From a bacterium (GTDB lineage Bacteria; RBG-13-61-14; DATKZS01), in contig CAXXFL010000002.1 in the NCBI GenBank assembly GCA_963674965.2, forward strand, positions 128,001-192,000: 64,000 nucleotides of DNA, written 5' to 3'. Every line of letters starts with the position of its first letter. Within the stretch, counting starts at the first letter, position 1. Shown here piece by piece: positions 59,021-64,000 of this stretch. Under the pieces are notes generated by a model. That model saw only the letters and a program-made list of their open reading frames with translations, did not search any database and had not been told where the DNA came from. The position numbers and the translations under genes were made by a program.

Positions 59021-59503
59021 ATGTTCAAACAAGGAGACGTCGCTGTATACCCGGCTCATGGGGTCGCGATGGTCGAGGGAATCGAGAACAAGGAAATCTC
59101 CGGCAGCAAGCAGACATTTTACGTTTTACGGCTGCTTGACAACAACATGACCATCATGGTGCCGCAAGACAACGCCGAGATCGTGGGCCTTCGAGGCGTT
59201 ATCCAGAAAAAGGAAGTTACTCAGGTCTATAAGATACTTAGAAAGAAAAAAGGCAGGGCCTGCTCTCAGACCTGGAACAGAAGGCACAGGCAATACATGG
59301 AAAAAATCAAAACCGGCTCCCTTTACGAAATCGCCGAGGTCTTAAGAGACCTATATCTTCTCAAGCTCGACAAGGAGCTTTCCTTTGGAGAAAGAAAAGT
59401 ACTCGATACGGCCAGGAGTCTCCTGATCAAGGAACTGTCCATCGCCAAGGACATGGAGGAGGCGAAAATCGAAAAGGAAATCGAAAAAATCTTCCACGCC
59501 TGA
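59021..59503 (+). CDS. carD: CarD/CdnL family RNA polymerase-binding regulator
   Basis: FKQGDVAVYPAHGV, WNRRHR, KIKTGSLYEIAEVLRDL, LSFGERK; AAGGAGG RBS. Confidence 0.95.
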   Translation: MFKQGDVAVYPAHGVAMVEGIENKEISGSKQTFYVLRLLDNNMTIMVPQDNAEIVGLRGVIQKKEVTQVYKILRKKKGRACSQTWNRRHRQYMEKIKTGSLYEIAEVLRDLYLLKLDKELSFGERKVLDTARSLLIKELSIAKDMEEAKIEKEIEKIFHA

Positions 59504-59524
59504 CCGCGCGAAGAATTACCACGA

Positions 59525-59559
59525 GGCCCGGACTATAAGAAAGCTCCGGGCCTTTTTTT
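59525..59559 (+). terminator. Intrinsic terminator after carD
   Basis: AGGCCCGGA...TCCGGGCCT followed by a T run. Confidence 0.7.
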
Positions 59560-59561
59560 CC

Positions 59562-61556
59562 TCACTTTTCCCGGCCCTCTTCTTGCTCGGGGAAGTAATC
59601 GACAATCAATGGATTGCCGGGTGAAGGGGCCTCGGACCCCGCTGGCAGGGTGATCCAGATGGTCCTCTCCCGGCTGTAATATTGAAATGGAGCCAAGCCA
59701 TCTCCCTCGCTCATGGCCGGATTGAAAACAAAGGGCCGTTCGTTGAAGAGCACTTTCGTGGTAAGGGGTACTTCCACCGACCAGACAAAAAGCATGGGCT
59801 TTGCCAGCTTGGACCGGTAAATCGAAATTCCTTCCCCCTCGACGTTTTCTGCAAGCTCGAAAGAGGAAAGAGCGTCGCGCACGCGGGTGGACTCCAGTTT
59901 ATCAAGTAGCTCGGCAGCCTTGGAGGAACCGTATAAGCTCGAGGCCGACGCGTAGAAAAAGGAAGCCGCGCCGGGCATGGGGGCATCCATGAAGCGGTCT
60001 CCCGCGAAGATCAGGTCATCGGCGGAGAGCGAGTCTTTTCTTTCGCGAATGAACCGGCCAAGCTCGTGGTGCATTAGGTCCCACGTTCCGGCTTTTCTGT
60101 AACCCTCGGCCGCGATGATCAGGAAAAGGCGCTTCTCGCTGGACGGCGGTCCTTGTCCTATCTCCACGTTTTTCCAGGATGAAGCCTTAAAAATGCCTCG
60201 TTTAAAAAAAGGCGAGACGGCGGAAAAGAGTAAAAGGACGCAAATAATATACACGGCCAGGGCGATTTGAGGCCCCCTGCTTTTTAATCGTTCAGGAAGA
60301 GACGAGACCCCGGCGGCGGCAATGATCGCGAAGGCGGGAAGGACCGCCATCCGGAAGCGGCCAAGGTAAAAGACGGTGGCGTAAAAAAACAAAAACCAGA
60401 TAATGGAACACGCCATGGGCCAGGCCCCGCGTTTTTTGAATAGCGCGATCATGCCCGGTCCCAGCGCCAGGATGATGAAGTAATCCAGGAAAAGATTAAG
60501 GGCCCCTATTGACTGGACGGCCGCTGGGGACCAGGAATGACCGAAATCTCCTCGAGTTATCCAAGACGGCGCGGCGTTGTCTATTCTGAACAGACCCGCA
60601 AGGAAGCGGTTCGCGTACATCAAGGCCGCCTTTTTCGGATTTTCCCCGATACACTCGAGGGCCTTGTCCATAAGAAGACTATCGCGATCGCCGTAAGGGA
60701 TTTCGGGGCTGGATAAAAACATAACGTTTCTGGCGAACTCGTTGTACTGGTCGTAACGCCTGGAATCGGAATTCTGGAACTCTCTTATCGATGGCAGTCC
60801 GCCAGGCGATTCGTAATCGCCGCAGTAAGAGACGCTATAGTTATAGCCTTTATAAGTATTGATAAAAATCCATTCTCCAAAATGAGCGCGGGCCGCGGTT
60901 ATGGCCGGAAAAACCGTGAGCAGGGCGGCGGCGCCGCAGAGAATCCATGGGAACGCGTGAGTCTTGAGGTCCCTTGCCTTAACGGCCTTTACTCCGCCCA
61001 CGACGGCCAGCAGGGCGAACATGGAACTGAACTCGGGTTTGAGAAGGCAAAGAAGCCCGGCGGCGACTCCCGCTATAAAGGCCTTAACTTTTTCGTCGGG
61101 CCGTAAAAGCATGAGATGGACGAGGTTTAAGGACAATATAAAAAGAAAAGCCGCCATGGCCTCCCGGTAAAATTTGAAAAAGAAGAATAAAAAGTCCGGG
61201 AAGAAAACCAGAATGGAAGCCGAGGCCAAGGCCGCCCGCCGGCCCATGGTTTTAAGCGCCAGCCTGTAAGTGAGCGCGGTGGTGGGAATGATAAAAAGGG
61301 CCTGCAAGAAAAGAATCAGGAAAGGCTTGAAACCCAAGAGCTTCATGGCAAGAGAAAGGAGGAAAGGATAAAAAACCGGCCGGCACGGGTTGGACGGAAA
61401 GCCTCCAAGAAAAAGCTCGATACCCTGTCCCACGTAGGTTATCGAGTCGTCGCCGGGCCAGGCCCCCCGGGTTGACGGAAACAAGAGGATAATAAACGCG
61501 GACTGGACCGCGAGAAGAAAGATTATTCCTCGCTCTCTTTTAATAAAGTCGATCAT
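59562..61556 (-). CDS. GT-C fold (ArnT/PMT_2-like) membrane glycosyltransferase
   Basis: GDDSITY first loop, RPVFYPFLL, REAMAAFL, GLLCLLKP, NTYKGYN; many TM helices. Confidence 0.78.
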   Translation of the reverse strand: MIDFIKRERGIIFLLAVQSAFIILLFPSTRGAWPGDDSITYVGQGIELFLGGFPSNPCRPVFYPFLLSLAMKLLGFKPFLILFLQALFIIPTTALTYRLALKTMGRRAALASASILVFFPDFLFFFFKFYREAMAAFLFILSLNLVHLMLLRPDEKVKAFIAGVAAGLLCLLKPEFSSMFALLAVVGGVKAVKARDLKTHAFPWILCGAAALLTVFPAITAARAHFGEWIFINTYKGYNYSVSYCGDYESPGGLPSIREFQNSDSRRYDQYNEFARNVMFLSSPEIPYGDRDSLLMDKALECIGENPKKAALMYANRFLAGLFRIDNAAPSWITRGDFGHSWSPAAVQSIGALNLFLDYFIILALGPGMIALFKKRGAWPMACSIIWFLFFYATVFYLGRFRMAVLPAFAIIAAAGVSSLPERLKSRGPQIALAVYIICVLLLFSAVSPFFKRGIFKASSWKNVEIGQGPPSSEKRLFLIIAAEGYRKAGTWDLMHHELGRFIRERKDSLSADDLIFAGDRFMDAPMPGAASFFYASASSLYGSSKAAELLDKLESTRVRDALSSFELAENVEGEGISIYRSKLAKPMLFVWSVEVPLTTKVLFNERPFVFNPAMSEGDGLAPFQYYSRERTIWITLPAGSEAPSPGNPLIVDYFPEQEEGREK

Positions 61557-61605
61557 ATTTACAGGCCTTGCCTTAGCGCCCAAGATGGAAGAACTTCACC
61601 GAGCT

Positions 61606-61776
61606 TCTTGTAAAAGTCCTTTTCTTGGCGGCATAGCCGCTTTGGAGCGCGGTCGCTTGAGACCGCTTTTGATGGCCTTGGCTTGACAAGGCCTAATAAT
61701 ACAGCGGCTAGCCTCGCGTCAAGCCGCTCGGAAGAAAAGCGGCGTCGAGCCGCCGCACTCCAAAACGGGACTTTTT
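61606..61776. repeat. REP-doublet/MITE-like element, copy 2 (inverted)
   Basis: Reverse-complement match to 17635-17810, e.g. AAAAGCGGCGTCGAGCCGCCGCACTCCAAA and GATGGCCTTGGCTTGACAAGGCCTAA; one terminal IR degraded. Confidence 0.85.
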
Positions 61777-61942
61777 AGGTCATACATCTTCCGGCAACCA
61801 GTATGTAACCTTGCCATATATTGTGCAAATGATTCGGCTTTCATGGCCTGGAGATGAGAGTGAGATAATTTTGCCGACTTATGATTCCAATAGTGTTATA
61901 ATGGCGTACACTTCGGGAGTATTTTCCCGCAAGGAGACGATC

Positions 61943-63028
61943 GTGGCGTACGAAAAGCTTCTGATATATTTCATGAGCGGCACGGGCAACAGCTTCCGCG
62001 TGGCCAACTGGGCGGCCGAGGCCGCGAAGGGGCGGGGCATGGAGGCGGAGGTGGTCCCGGTGAACCGGGGCAATCCCGAGGAGGAGATCGAGGACTCGGA
62101 ACGTCTGCTCCTGGGGTTATTCATGCCCACCCATGGATTCACCGCTCCCTGGCTGGTGATCAAGACCGCGCTGGGCTTCCCGAGGAGGACTAAAGTCAGG
62201 GCCTTCGTCGTGGCCACGCGGGCGGGCTGCAAGTTCGGGGCGCTCTTTACGCCCGGCATCTCCGCCACGGCCTGTTTCCTTATCTCCTTCATTCTGGCCC
62301 TCAAGGGATACAAGGTGATGGGCATAAGGGGCGTGGACATGCCCTCCAACTGGATCGCGGTCCATCCCGGATTCAGCGCCCAGTCGGCCGAGGCCATCAA
62401 GGCACGCTCCCGCCCCAAGTTCGAGAGGTTTGTCGCGTCCATACTCGAGGGCCGGCGGGCATGGCTTTCCTGGAACGTCCTTTACGAGGTCATCTGGGCC
62501 TTAGTCCTCTGGCCCATCTCGCTTGGATACCTCCTCATAGGACGGATATATCTGCCCAAGTTCTTCTTCGCCAACGCCAACTGCAACGGGTGCGAGATAT
62601 GCGCCCGGGAGTGTCCCGTCGGCGCCATCACCATGGTGGGCAAGGAGAACAAGCGCCCCTATTGGTCATATCACTGCGAGAGCTGCATGAGGTGCATGGC
62701 CTTCTGTCCGCGATCGGCCATCGAGGCCAGCCACGCCTGGGCCGCCATCCTGATCTGGTTTTACGGGCCTTTCGCGGTCCTGCTTATCGGGGGCGTCCTC
62801 TGGCTCTGGCCTTCCTTGAATGAGGCTACCTTGCGCTCTTTTTTCTCGATCCTGGGCTGGTTCGTATTTTATCCAGTGGTCATTGCGCTTTATTACCTTT
62901 TCATCAGGGTTACGGGCTGGCGTCCCCTGAACCTCGTCTTCACCTATCTGACATTCACCCACTACTGGAAGCGCTACCACGAGCCCGAGACGAGGGTAAA
63001 GGACGTCTCGAGGAAAGACTCGAACTGA
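61943..63028 (+). CDS. EFR1-type flavodoxin/4Fe-4S ferredoxin protein with C-terminal TM helices
   Basis: AAGGAG with GTG start; YFMSGTGNS, MPSNW, CNGCEICARECP, CESCMRCMAFCP. Confidence 0.88.
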   Translation: MAYEKLLIYFMSGTGNSFRVANWAAEAAKGRGMEAEVVPVNRGNPEEEIEDSERLLLGLFMPTHGFTAPWLVIKTALGFPRRTKVRAFVVATRAGCKFGALFTPGISATACFLISFILALKGYKVMGIRGVDMPSNWIAVHPGFSAQSAEAIKARSRPKFERFVASILEGRRAWLSWNVLYEVIWALVLWPISLGYLLIGRIYLPKFFFANANCNGCEICARECPVGAITMVGKENKRPYWSYHCESCMRCMAFCPRSAIEASHAWAAILIWFYGPFAVLLIGGVLWLWPSLNEATLRSFFSILGWFVFYPVVIALYYLFIRVTGWRPLNLVFTYLTFTHYWKRYHEPETRVKDVSRKDSN

Positions 63029-63107
63029 AAGGGAATCAAGCGCGGGCTTGAGAATCCCGGCCTCCTTTGCGATGATAAACGCTTAGCATTCCAAGCGAGG
63101 GGGGACC

Positions 63108-64000
63108 ATGACGTTCGGACGAAGACATTTTTTTCTTTTCACAATAGCCGCGTTTTTTATTTCTCTTCCTTGCTACGCGGACAAGATTCATGACGCGGCC
63201 TTCTCCGGCGACGTGGAGAAGGTGAAAAAAATACTCGACAAGAAGCCGGAAAAGGCCAATGAAGTGGAGAAAAGCTGCGGCTGCACGCCCCTTCATATAG
63301 CCGCGGAGGGAGGCTACTCCGGCGTGGTGAACGCCCTTCTCCAGGCGGGCGCGGACCTCGAGGCCAGAAAGGAGGGCAACGAACAGACGCCGCTCCACTT
63401 CGCGTCCATCAAAGGAAGGCTGGACGTGGTGAAGATTCTGGTGGAAAAAGGCGCGGCCCTGGAGGCGAGGAACTACGTCGGCTACACTCCGCTGCACCTG
63501 GCGGCCTACGAGGGCCAGGCCGAGGTGGCCGAGTATCTTCTTAATAATGGGGCCAACGCCAACGCCAAGTGTAACGACGGCAAGACGCCGCTTCGGATAG
63601 CCGTCGAGCGCGACAAGCCCAAGGCCGCGGCCGTCCTGGCCCGCTCGGACAAGGTGGACCTTAACGCGGCCGGCTATAACGACTTGACCCCCCTTGCCTT
63701 CGCGGCGGCTTCCTCCTCGGCCGAGATGGTAAGGACGCTTATCGATAATGGGGCCGACGTGAACGGAAGATGGCGGGAGGGTTTCACGCCTCTTCACTCG
63801 GCGGCGTTCAAGGGAAACAAGGAAAACGCCTCCGTCTTAATCGAGAAAGGCGCGGAGGTGAACGCCGTCACCAAGACGGGCGTCACGCCTCTTCACCTGG
63901 CGGCGGAAGAGGGCAAGATCGAGGTGGTCGAGTTTCTCGCGTCCAAGGGCGCGAGCGTCAACGCGGCAAACCGGGACGGCAACTCCGCCCTCCACGTGGC
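63108..64000 (+). CDS. Exported ankyrin-repeat protein (runs off window end; absent from ORF track)
   Basis: GAGGGGGG RBS; MTFGRRHFFLFTIAAFFISLPCYA signal; repeated TPLHxAA...G...V..LL..GAD/N units. Confidence 0.9.
   Translation, partial: MTFGRRHFFLFTIAAFFISLPCYADKIHDAAFSGDVEKVKKILDKKPEKANEVEKSCGCTPLHIAAEGGYSGVVNALLQAGADLEARKEGNEQTPLHFASIKGRLDVVKILVEKGAALEARNYVGYTPLHLAAYEGQAEVAEYLLNNGANANAKCNDGKTPLRIAVERDKPKAAAVLARSDKVDLNAAGYNDLTPLAFAAASSSAEMVRTLIDNGADVNGRWREGFTPLHSAAFKGNKENASVLIEKGAEVNAVTKTGVTPLHLAAEEGKIEVVEFLASKGASVNAANRDGNSALHV

Noticed and set aside
63036..63797. 253-aa minus-strand ORF
   Set aside because: Shadow of the plus-strand ankyrin gene starting at 63108.

Overview
A gene-dense, GC-rich bacterial chromosome segment. 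Gene content (tatB-tatC, TIGR03960 radical SAM-rng, carD/cdnL, PilZ and MshEN proteins, multi-PAS hybrid kinase) suggests a deltaproteobacteria-like lineage (Desulfobacterota/Myxococcota-like), which is an inference. It holds about 45 CDS for housekeeping, envelope glycosylation (two GT9, two GT-C), lipid and acyl-CoA metabolism, glgB and signalling, plus several large repeat-rich exported proteins. Mobile and repeat DNA: one complete ISNCY-like IS (144-1907) with imperfect terminal IRs and a 6-bp TAGATA target duplication, two inverted copies of a ~175-bp REP-doublet/MITE-like element (17635-17810 and 61606-61776), and a possible second MITE (5917-6304). I saw no rRNA, tRNA, CRISPR array, prophage or known defence system. 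Best candidates for something new: (i) a MshEN-headed, ~1060-aa acidic Pro-rich disordered protein with a C-terminal helical domain, encoded directly after RNase G (PopZ-like layout); (ii) two unlinked exported proteins sharing one uncharacterised N-terminal module but carrying different tips; (iii) a candidate sRNA with C-rich hairpin loops at ~1944-2245; (iv) a ~400-nt leader between a near-consensus sigma70 promoter and carD; (v) a 1509-aa Ca-binding repeat lipoprotein with a dockerin-like C-terminus. All family calls come from motif recognition by eye; no database searches were run.
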